A stretch of 64,000 nucleotides of DNA from Alphaproteobacteria bacterium (GTDB lineage: Bacteria > Pseudomonadota > Alphaproteobacteria > RF32 > CAG-239), in assembly GCA_017935485.1 (NCBI GenBank), contig JAGBHO010000054.1, positions 67,126-131,125 on the forward strand. The letters are read 5' to 3'. Position numbers and translations under genes: made by a program. The notes beneath the pieces were generated by a model that saw only the letters and a list, made by a program, of their open reading frames with translations, did no database searches and was not told where the DNA came from. How positions within the stretch are numbered: the stretch's first letter is position 1; every line of letters starts with the position of its first letter. Positions 34,751-41,782 of this stretch are shown here, one piece after another.

Positions 34751-35853
34751 ATGTTCATTGCCTTAAATATAAAAGTGAGTATGCCTGTTACAACGATCAT
34801 CCAGACAATGGCGGAAACAACGGCTTTGGTTGCAGCTTTGCCGACGCTGTCCGCATTGCGTCCGCTGTTGACGCCGTAGTAACAGCCGCAGAGCGAGATG
34901 ATCAGCCCGTACAGAAAACCATGGAAGGTTCCGACCAAAAAGTTCTTCATGCTGAAAGTATCGACGGAATATTTGATGTATTCCTGCAGGGAAATATCAA
35001 GCATGACGGTTCCGACAAAGGTTCCGCCGAAGATACCCATAAAGTCTGCCAAGACGGTCAGGACAGGCATTGTCAGAATAAGGCTCAGCGTCCGCGGCAG
35101 TACCAGAAAGTCCGTAACCGGTATGCCCATGGTTTTGAGGGCGTCTACTTCTTCGTTTACCTGCATGGTTCCGATAGCGGCGGCGTAAGATGCGCCGGTG
35201 CGTCCGGCCATGATGATGCCGGCCATAATGGCGCCCATAATGCGGGTCATGCCGATGGTTACCAGACTGGCAACGTAAATCTGGGCGCCGAAAGTCTGAA
35301 GCTGGATGGCGCCGACAAAAGCCAGAATTAACCCGACCATAAAGCTGACCAGAGAGACAATGGCAACGGCCCGATAACCACAGTCTTCCATTGCAAACCA
35401 GAAATCGACCGGCCGCATGACAGCCTTGCCGCGCAGGAATCTTCCGATTGAGGCTGTTGTCCGGCCAAGGAATTTCAGTCCGCCGATAAAGCCTGAATAA
35501 ACGCTGATTCCCCAGCCGCCCAATGTTTCCAGCCATGGGGATTTGCGGTTCGGCGGAGAAGGCGGCCGGCGGTCAACCTCCAAAGCCAAGGAAACCAGCC
35601 GGCGCAGATTGTCGGGCAGGGAAGAATAGTCATAGGGAATTTTTTGTTGTCCGGCCTGTTTGGCCAGATTATAAAGAATAACGACCAATGTCGAATCCCA
35701 ATCCTTTAAATTTTCGGCGTTAACCAGAAGTTTTTTGCTTTGGGGCAAGGCATTGAACAAATCGGATTTTTCAGCCTCGTTATCGTAGCCGGAAAAATTT
35801 CCGCCGAGGTCGAGTTCCAAAGTCTGCTGTGTTATTTTGAAAGTTAACGGCAT
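34747..35853 (-). CDS. MlaE-family ABC permease with N-terminal STAS-like extension
   Basis: ATG at 35853 (MPLTFKITQQ). MlaE-like 5-TM core. The track ORF extends to 35925. Confidence 0.85.
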   Translation of the reverse strand: MPLTFKITQQTLELDLGGNFSGYDNEAEKSDLFNALPQSKKLLVNAENLKDWDSTLVVILYNLAKQAGQQKIPYDYSSLPDNLRRLVSLALEVDRRPPSPPNRKSPWLETLGGWGISVYSGFIGGLKFLGRTTASIGRFLRGKAVMRPVDFWFAMEDCGYRAVAIVSLVSFMVGLILAFVGAIQLQTFGAQIYVASLVTIGMTRIMGAIMAGIIMAGRTGASYAAAIGTMQVNEEVDALKTMGIPVTDFLVLPRTLSLILTMPVLTVLADFMGIFGGTFVGTVMLDISLQEYIKYSVDTFSMKNFLVGTFHGFLYGLIISLCGCYYGVNSGRNADSVGKAATKAVVSAIVWMIVVTGILTFIFKAMNI

Positions 35854-36008
35854 TTTTTTCTCTGAAAAATTTTTTATACCATATAAGATAATTACTGGCA
35901 TAAAATTATCAAGTCGGGAGTGCAACGGGGGATAAAAAGGTATGAATATGTCTATGCAAATCGGGAAGCGTTTTGACGCTGAACAAATTAATTTGCCGTT
36001 GCAGTTTC

Positions 36009-36039
36009 AAAAAAAATGCCGCATCAGCCGGATGCGGCA
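36009..36039 (-). terminator. intrinsic terminator
   Basis: tgccgcatc-agccg-gatgcggca, followed by T8 on the minus strand. Confidence 0.75.
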
Positions 36040-36070
36040 AGAGTGTTCGGTTTTGAGTCGGTGTCTATAT

Positions 36071-36685
36071 TTAGTCAGAAGAAAAATCCGCGCAGAATGA
36101 TCCGGTTTGTTCGTCACAAGAAACTTCCGTGCAGTTTCCGGCCCCGTCACAAGAAAGTTGCGTGCAGAACGGTTTGAGATGTTCATATGGAGAAATAGCC
36201 TGAAAATGTTGCAATATCAGTAGAAGAAATGGAGAGATAAGTGTCAGCGTAAAGATGATTTTGGCGCCGACAGTGGCTTTTTCTGTTGTTTGGGGGTGTT
36301 CTCTGGTGTCGCGTATTAAGATATAGAGGATATATAATCCTATTAAAAACTGAATTGCTCCTGCGGAGGGGTCGGGTAAAACAAAATCGATCCCCAAAGC
36401 GATTATATACAGCAGAGAAAGCGTCCAAATACTTTTGCCGGCATCATTGAAACGCCGGACTGTTATGGAAGCAACTGGGATCAGGCTGAAAAGCTGATAC
36501 AGAACGGATATAATAACTAAAGGGGGAAAAATAAAGATCCCTCCGATTAACAGGAGATGGAATAAGACGTTTATCAGCGTAAAGGACCAAAATTCTTTAC
36601 GCGGGGCATAACCCGAGATGTTAAAATAGTTACGAAAAGCGTTCAAATAAGATTGCCATATTCCGGGAGTATCAGAAACGGACAT
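36071..36685 (-). CDS. DUF805-domain membrane protein with extra TM segments and a Cys-rich C-terminal tail
   Basis: 204 aa. GYAPRKEFWSF and RRFNDAGKS (DUF805); tail CTQLSCDGAGNCTEVSCDEQTGSFC. Confidence 0.7.
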   Translation of the reverse strand: MSVSDTPGIWQSYLNAFRNYFNISGYAPRKEFWSFTLINVLFHLLLIGGIFIFPPLVIISVLYQLFSLIPVASITVRRFNDAGKSIWTLSLLYIIALGIDFVLPDPSAGAIQFLIGLYILYILIRDTREHPQTTEKATVGAKIIFTLTLISPFLLLILQHFQAISPYEHLKPFCTQLSCDGAGNCTEVSCDEQTGSFCADFSSD

Positions 36686-36822
36686 AATTTATCTCCTGTA
36701 AATATATTAATGTTGTCATGTATACTAAAAATTTGGAATGGGATGTCAACGTTTTTATTTCGGGAAAAAAGAAAGACCCTGCCAATTGATTTCGTCAGGG
36801 TCGGGTTTTACGGAGTTTATGA

Positions 36823-37083
36823 TTATAATTTCAGGCAATTATCCGTTTTTATGCCTTTACTGCGGCAGATTGTTTCCCTGTCGCTGTCGGGAAGGTCTTC
36901 AAAATCGCCGTAATTAAGCATGTCTTTTTCAAATTCTTCTTCGTCATCAAGCCCTTCCGCAGTGTCAATCAGCTTTTCTTCGGCAATGGTTTTTACAAAA
37001 AAGTTTTTTTCGTCATCTTCCTGAAACGGGCGGTTGGAAAAATCCCTGATTTTTACTTTGTCTCCCTGAGCCGGCGTGTACAT
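36823..37083 (-). CDS. small acidic hypothetical protein
   Basis: 86 aa with a strong AAGGAGG SD 5 nt upstream of the ATG. Confidence 0.6.
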   Translation of the reverse strand: MYTPAQGDKVKIRDFSNRPFQEDDEKNFFVKTIAEEKLIDTAEGLDDEEEFEKDMLNYGDFEDLPDSDRETICRSKGIKTDNCLKL

Positions 37084-37151
37084 GTTGTCCTCCTTTGTTG
37101 TGATACTTATCAGATAAGCCCGTGCAGAGGAATATCAACCTGTCTTTCCGG

Positions 37152-38141
37152 TTAGTACAAAAAGTTGGGTTCGGGGTAATTGTTTTTTAACAGGTCTAAC
37201 TTGAAACCTTCCTGAATGATTGATTCCATGATGTCGTGCAGTTGCAAATCACATTCGTAATTAATACGGTCGCCATTCAGATTTTCGCCGTCTTTTCGGG
37301 CTCTGGCGAGATCATAGCAGTAGTTATAAAAACTATCTGTAAGCTGGTTTACAAGAACGAAAGTTTCTTGTTGTTTGTTAAAAAGCGAATCAGACATGTG
37401 CTGATCCAACGTAGCGGCGATTGCTCCCTTAAAGCAGTTTGTTTTATAAGCTGAAGCGACTTGTAAAGAATCCAAGTCGTTAATGTCAGCGTTTTTGAAA
37501 CCGGCTTCCGTACATTCTTTGTTGACGGTTGCAGCGAGGTAGCTTGATATTTCGTTAATGTTACTGCTGTTATCCGCCGGTTTTTCAGGAAGTTCCGTGT
37601 CCGGCAGAGAGGTTTTCTCCGGGTAGGCTTCAATGTTTGTCTGATTGCGGAGAAGATTGTCGAGAAGTTTTATTATGATATAGCTGCTTTGGGGTTTGAA
37701 GTCCAGGGAGGCAGGCATATTGCATGTCGGCTGGCGATATTTGTTATATTCGGCCATATTGTAAAAAATGGTGTTTAAATCGCGTACGAAAGCAAAGCGC
37801 CAGCGATCAATTTTTGCACGTTTTGCAACGTTGGGAACGATTTTGCTTGTCTGAGAATCAAGTTCGTATAACAGACAGTCACGGGTTTGGACATTTTGGT
37901 GTTGTTTTTCTGACAATGTTTGAGCCGGAACTTTATGAGGATTATCAATGCAAGGCATTGCAAGATTGACAGCCTGTCTGAGACTGTCTTCGACATCTTT
38001 TGGAAGATTGACCGAATTATCCGGTGTTGCAAGCGTTGCGGCAGGTTGGCCGGAACGTTTATTGTAATATAAAGAGGCGACGATTGAAATGCAAGCGATT
38101 ATGATTGCGGCGGAAGAGGCGATGATGATTTTTTTGTTCAT
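37152..38141 (-). CDS. secreted or membrane-anchored hypothetical protein
   Basis: 329 aa with N-terminal hydrophobic segment IIIASSAAIIIACISIVASL and several Cys. Confidence 0.6.
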   Translation of the reverse strand: MNKKIIIASSAAIIIACISIVASLYYNKRSGQPAATLATPDNSVNLPKDVEDSLRQAVNLAMPCIDNPHKVPAQTLSEKQHQNVQTRDCLLYELDSQTSKIVPNVAKRAKIDRWRFAFVRDLNTIFYNMAEYNKYRQPTCNMPASLDFKPQSSYIIIKLLDNLLRNQTNIEAYPEKTSLPDTELPEKPADNSSNINEISSYLAATVNKECTEAGFKNADINDLDSLQVASAYKTNCFKGAIAATLDQHMSDSLFNKQQETFVLVNQLTDSFYNYCYDLARARKDGENLNGDRINYECDLQLHDIMESIIQEGFKLDLLKNNYPEPNFLY

Positions 38142-38221
38142 TGTGGTAATCCTGAAAATAAAACTTTAGATTATCATATTCCGCCGGCAAAAAAAGTCAA
38201 AGTTTTTTTGACGCGCAAAGA

Positions 38222-38929
38222 TTATTTGCTTAAGTTGAACAACAGGATATTGCTTTGGTTGTCAATGCCGCGGAGTTCTATTTCCGTCTCTTCGTCCCAT
38301 AGGGCATAGCCGTCACCGGCAATCAGCGGCGTATCATTCAAGGTGACGGAACCGGCGGCGATTTGGAGCCAGACGGCCCGGTCTGCAGAAATTTTATATT
38401 TTACCGTTTGTCCGGTATCGAGCAGGCTTTGGTAAATCTCGGCATTTTGATGAATTTGGATTGAATCGCCGGCGCCGTCAGGCGAGACAATCAGATGCAG
38501 GCGGTTTTTCAGTTCTTTTTCCGAGAATTTCTTTTGCTGGTAATCCGGACGCAAGTCTCTCAAATCCGGCATAATCCAGATTTGCAGAAAGTGGACCTGT
38601 TCTTTGTCCGAGGGATTGAATTCGCTGTGCAGGATGCCGCTGCCGGCCGTCATTTTCTGTATTTCGCCCGCACGGATAACGGAGCCGTTTCCCAGACTGT
38701 CTTTATGTTCCAATTCTCCGCTCAAGACAATGCTGATGATTTCCATGTTGTTGTGCGGGTGCATGTCAAAACCGCGGGCGGGTTCGACGATGTCGTCATT
38801 AATGACTCTGAGATCGCTGAAGCCCATAAACTGCGGGTCATAATAGCTGCCGAACGAAAAAGTATGGTAGCTGTCGAGCCATTTGGTTTGGGTGTGGCCG
38901 CGTTCCGCCGCCGGTCTTAAAAAATGCAT
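38222..38929 (-). CDS. pirin family protein (YhhW-like)
   Basis: 235 aa bicupin; RGFDMHPHNNMEIISIVLSGELEHKDSLGN contains the metal-binding His/Glu pattern. Confidence 0.9.
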   Translation of the reverse strand: MHFLRPAAERGHTQTKWLDSYHTFSFGSYYDPQFMGFSDLRVINDDIVEPARGFDMHPHNNMEIISIVLSGELEHKDSLGNGSVIRAGEIQKMTAGSGILHSEFNPSDKEQVHFLQIWIMPDLRDLRPDYQQKKFSEKELKNRLHLIVSPDGAGDSIQIHQNAEIYQSLLDTGQTVKYKISADRAVWLQIAAGSVTLNDTPLIAGDGYALWDEETEIELRGIDNQSNILLFNLSK

Positions 38930-39007
38930 TTTTCTTCTCCTGATTGTATTTCTTTCGGATATATGCTTAAGGCCGGAGCTTTCAAGTTTTATAGTGCTTA
39001 AAGGCTA

Positions 39008-39036
39008 TTGACTTTTATACCCTGTCAGGGTATATT
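39008..39036 (+). promoter_or_regulatory. sigma70-like promoter of the metallothionein-csoR operon
   Basis: TTGACT (39008..39013), exact 17-nt spacer, TATATT (39031..39036). Confidence 0.55.
39016..39034. promoter_or_regulatory. perfect 19-bp palindrome, candidate CsoR-family operator 1
   Basis: TATACCCTG-T-CAGGGTATA, spanning the spacer and the -10 element. Confidence 0.55.
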
Positions 39037-39041
39037 GAGCT

Positions 39042-39056
39042 TACCCATAGGGGGTA
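39042..39056. promoter_or_regulatory. imperfect palindrome, candidate CsoR-family operator 2
   Basis: TACCCATAGGGGGTA, between the -10 and the SD. Confidence 0.45.
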
Positions 39057-39072
39057 TTGAAAGGAGAAAGTA

Positions 39073-39252
39073 ATGAGAAACTGTAACAATCCGAAATGCA
39101 AGAATCCGAATTGTACCTGCGGAGAGAACTGCAAATGTGACGAAACGCACCAATGCGGTGAGAACTGCGGATGCAATGAGCATTGCAGCTGCGGAGACGA
39201 TTGTCATTGTGACGAGACGCACAAATGCAGTGACAAATGTAACTGCAAATAA
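39073..39252 (+). CDS. metallothionein-like Cys/His-rich peptide (59 aa, not in the ORF track)
   Basis: Hand translation: MRNCNNPKCKNPNCTCGENCKCDETHQCGENCGCNEHCSCGDDCHCDETHKCSDKCNCK, with 16 Cys and 4 His. AAGGAG SD 6 nt upstream. The stop overlaps the SD of the next gene. Confidence 0.75.
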   Translation: MRNCNNPKCKNPNCTCGENCKCDETHQCGENCGCNEHCSCGDDCHCDETHKCSDKCNCK

Positions 39253-39263
39253 GGAGCAAGGTT

Positions 39264-39554
39264 ATGAGCAATGAACAAAATTTGCCGCATTCGCCATGCC
39301 ATGAGGCCGAACTTCCTCGTCTGAACCGGGTGCTCGGGCAATTGGAAGGCGTGAAAAAGATGATTGCGGAAAACCGGTATTGTCCCGAGATTTTGATTCA
39401 GCTTAAAGCCGTTCGTTCCGCAATCAAGGCTGTGGAAGGGAATATTCTGAAACGCCATTTGCAGTCTTGCGTTGCCCAGTCTTTTGACAATGAACAAGCC
39501 AAAGCGGAAAAAATTGAAGAATTGAAAATGTTGTTTGACCGTTTTGAGCAGTAA
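39264..39554 (+). CDS. csoR: CsoR/RcnR/FrmR-family metal-sensing transcriptional repressor
   Basis: 96 aa. C40, H65 and C69 have the 25/4 spacing of CsoR Cu(I) ligands. Extra HSPCH near the N-terminus. Confidence 0.85.
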   Translation: MSNEQNLPHSPCHEAELPRLNRVLGQLEGVKKMIAENRYCPEILIQLKAVRSAIKAVEGNILKRHLQSCVAQSFDNEQAKAEKIEELKMLFDRFEQ

Positions 39555-39561
39555 AAATATC

Positions 39562-39588
39562 GGGCTGTCTTTCCGGCAGCCCTTTTTT
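39562..39588 (+). terminator. intrinsic terminator after the csoR-like gene
   Basis: gggctg-tctttccgg-cagccc + T6. Confidence 0.75.
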
Positions 39589-39648
39589 ATTGATTCCATG
39601 GCCGGTCTTTGTTATAATACTGCTAAAGTATACAGCGGAGACAGTTTT

Positions 39649-41247
39649 ATGAGCAAGAATGCCAATAATCTTCCGAATGATGCCGTATTTCGTTTTTTAA
39701 AACGGGAATATGCCGGCTTTAATATGACGCCGCAGGTTGTGACAATTGACAACCGGCCGGTTGTTATTCCGTGTTTTTATATCAGAAGTTCATTGGAAGC
39801 CGGTGAGGCAAAAAAGAAGTTTGTCCGCGATTATTTCAGCCGCCAGTATCGGGATATTGCGCGTTATAAAGAAGCCGGACTGAAACCGCGTAAAATCGTG
39901 TTTAACGGCGGGACTTTCGTGGTACCGTTTGACGAGCGGGACAGCGACAAAAAAGACAGCGATATTGCGGCTGGAATTATGCGGTCGGCGTATCGGGATT
40001 ACCGGCGGGCTGCCGCTTATACGCAAAAGCTTAACGAATGCGGTATCGGACAGGGACGGCTGACCGAACTCGGATTGGACAATATTGAGAATATGGAAGA
40101 CGTTTACAACCGTTATCTTTGGGAAAAAGCTAAAGATAAGGCTGCAGCTTTTGGCGCTTTTATGGCAAAGGAGGCAAAGTCCGCTTACAACGGGGCGAAG
40201 ATTTTGTTGCAGCGCTCCGACAAGGCTCAGCGTATCAAAATCGGGGTAGATCGGTTTTGTCAGGCTTCCAGAAAAGCCGTTATCGGGGCGGCCCTGACCA
40301 CATTAACCCTGACCGGCGGATTGTATGCTCATCAGCAGCTGCAGGAAAAGCAAAAGGAAAAGGCAAAAGACAAGACCGAAAAGCCGGTGAAGGCAGAGAT
40401 TGGAACCGAAAAAGCTAAAACGGTTTTTATGCCCGAAGCTGCCCAGCCTGCAGAGGGGCAAAAGAGGATGCAGGCAAAGAAAAAGATTGTATCGGAGAAA
40501 AGGGCGGCCGTAAATAAAAAGGCGGAGCAGATCAAAGCCGGCATTGAAGAGAAGACATTGGAAAAAACAGCCGTAAAAAAAGGAAAACTGCCGCAGAAAA
40601 TCCGTGCGGAATACGGACTGGATGATGAAAAATTTCAACGTTTTATGGGAATTGTCTTCAAACATGAGGGCGGCTACCGCAATGTGTCATGGGATTATCC
40701 GACTCAGATGGGGATTACCAGCGTCACTTTGAAAAATTTTTGGAAGAATAATAAAAAGCTGGCGGAAGAACTTGATTTTCCGACTGCCGGAAATATTAAA
40801 AACCTGAACAAAGAGCAATGCGAGCTTATTTATAAAAAAGATTTTTATGATTATTACAGAATCGGCGATTTTAAGAACGAGAGCATTGCCTTATTGTTGT
40901 TTGACATTCGCGTGAACCATTCATCGAAGACGGCGGCGCAGATTATTGCCAACGGGATTTATGAGGCCAGAGGGCGCAAGAATGTGCGGCGGACGGACAA
41001 GATTGTGGAACTGGCGAACGGAATTGCCGGCAAAGCAAAAAACGAGCAGTATTTTTATGATCATATGGTAAAAGCGCGGATTGACTTTATTAATAAGCAC
41101 CATAAAAAAGGCGGAGAAAAAACAAATGATTATAACGGGCTGATGAACCGGGCCGGTAAATTTAAAGGGAAGTTTGTGGCAACGTCGCAGCAAAATAACA
41201 ATTTGAGACTGGCAATGTACGATGCCCGCGGAAGACAGGCAAAATGA
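39649..41247 (+). CDS. membrane-anchored protein with a C-terminal GH108-type lysozyme domain
   Basis: ATG at 39649 (GGAG SD; TATAAT at 39613). About 230 aa of unknown N-domain, TM AVIGAALTTLTLTGGLY, a Lys/Glu-rich linker, then FKHEGGYRNV...QMGIT (GH108 EGGY motif). Confidence 0.7.
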   Translation: MSKNANNLPNDAVFRFLKREYAGFNMTPQVVTIDNRPVVIPCFYIRSSLEAGEAKKKFVRDYFSRQYRDIARYKEAGLKPRKIVFNGGTFVVPFDERDSDKKDSDIAAGIMRSAYRDYRRAAAYTQKLNECGIGQGRLTELGLDNIENMEDVYNRYLWEKAKDKAAAFGAFMAKEAKSAYNGAKILLQRSDKAQRIKIGVDRFCQASRKAVIGAALTTLTLTGGLYAHQQLQEKQKEKAKDKTEKPVKAEIGTEKAKTVFMPEAAQPAEGQKRMQAKKKIVSEKRAAVNKKAEQIKAGIEEKTLEKTAVKKGKLPQKIRAEYGLDDEKFQRFMGIVFKHEGGYRNVSWDYPTQMGITSVTLKNFWKNNKKLAEELDFPTAGNIKNLNKEQCELIYKKDFYDYYRIGDFKNESIALLLFDIRVNHSSKTAAQIIANGIYEARGRKNVRRTDKIVELANGIAGKAKNEQYFYDHMVKARIDFINKHHKKGGEKTNDYNGLMNRAGKFKGKFVATSQQNNNLRLAMYDARGRQAK

Positions 41248-41295
41248 AAACCCCGTTTTTCGGGGTTTTTTTGATTGCTTCTCCTTTTTGCCGGT

Positions 41296-41553
41296 CTATT
41301 TGTTTTCCTGTTTCAAAAAAACATTCTGATTGCTGTCCTGACGGCCTTCGACAACAAGCTGCGGATTGACAAAAGAAGTCGAACCTTTTTCGTAAAAATA
41401 AAAATCTCTGCGGATGGCTGCCTTGTCTTTTATGGAAAGCTGGTTCCATTCTTTTTCGTTCATGCCGTAGGGATAGGTTTCTTTTACTTTCGGTTCTGAA
41501 GCGGCGCAGGCGCCGACAGCCAGCAATGCACCCAATATCAATAATTTTTTCAT
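41296..41553 (-). CDS. small lipoprotein
   Basis: ATG at 41553 with a GAGGAG SD. Lipobox LLAVGAC; 85 aa. The track ORF extension to 41766 is unlikely. Confidence 0.65.
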   Translation of the reverse strand: MKKLLILGALLAVGACAASEPKVKETYPYGMNEKEWNQLSIKDKAAIRRDFYFYEKGSTSFVNPQLVVEGRQDSNQNVFLKQENK

Positions 41554-41782
41554 CGTCAGTCTCCTCAAAATCGTACAATAGTTATCATAACACAAGCAAA
41601 GGGCGATTCCAAAATAAATCTTTTTCTTTTCCAACAATATTTTGGTTGACGGAACCCAAAAATTATATTTGCCGATTCTTAACCTATTGTTTAGAAAAAA
41701 AGAATAAGATATCGGGCATAACCACAGCGGGAAACTGTCTGGCTTCCGTTGGTTTGTTAGTATCAACTATAAGGAAAATTAT

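Noticed and set aside
39025-39271. Two minus-strand ORFs (65 aa and 76 aa) overlapping the metallothionein-like ORF
   Set aside because: Neither has an SD. Both are mirror images of the TGC/TGT-rich plus-strand frame. The plus-strand ORF has a strong SD and is coupled to csoR.
41554-41766. Upstream extension of the small lipoprotein ORF to 156 aa
   Set aside because: The extension has no SD. The internal ATG at 41553 has a GAGGAG SD and yields a canonical signal peptide with a lipobox.
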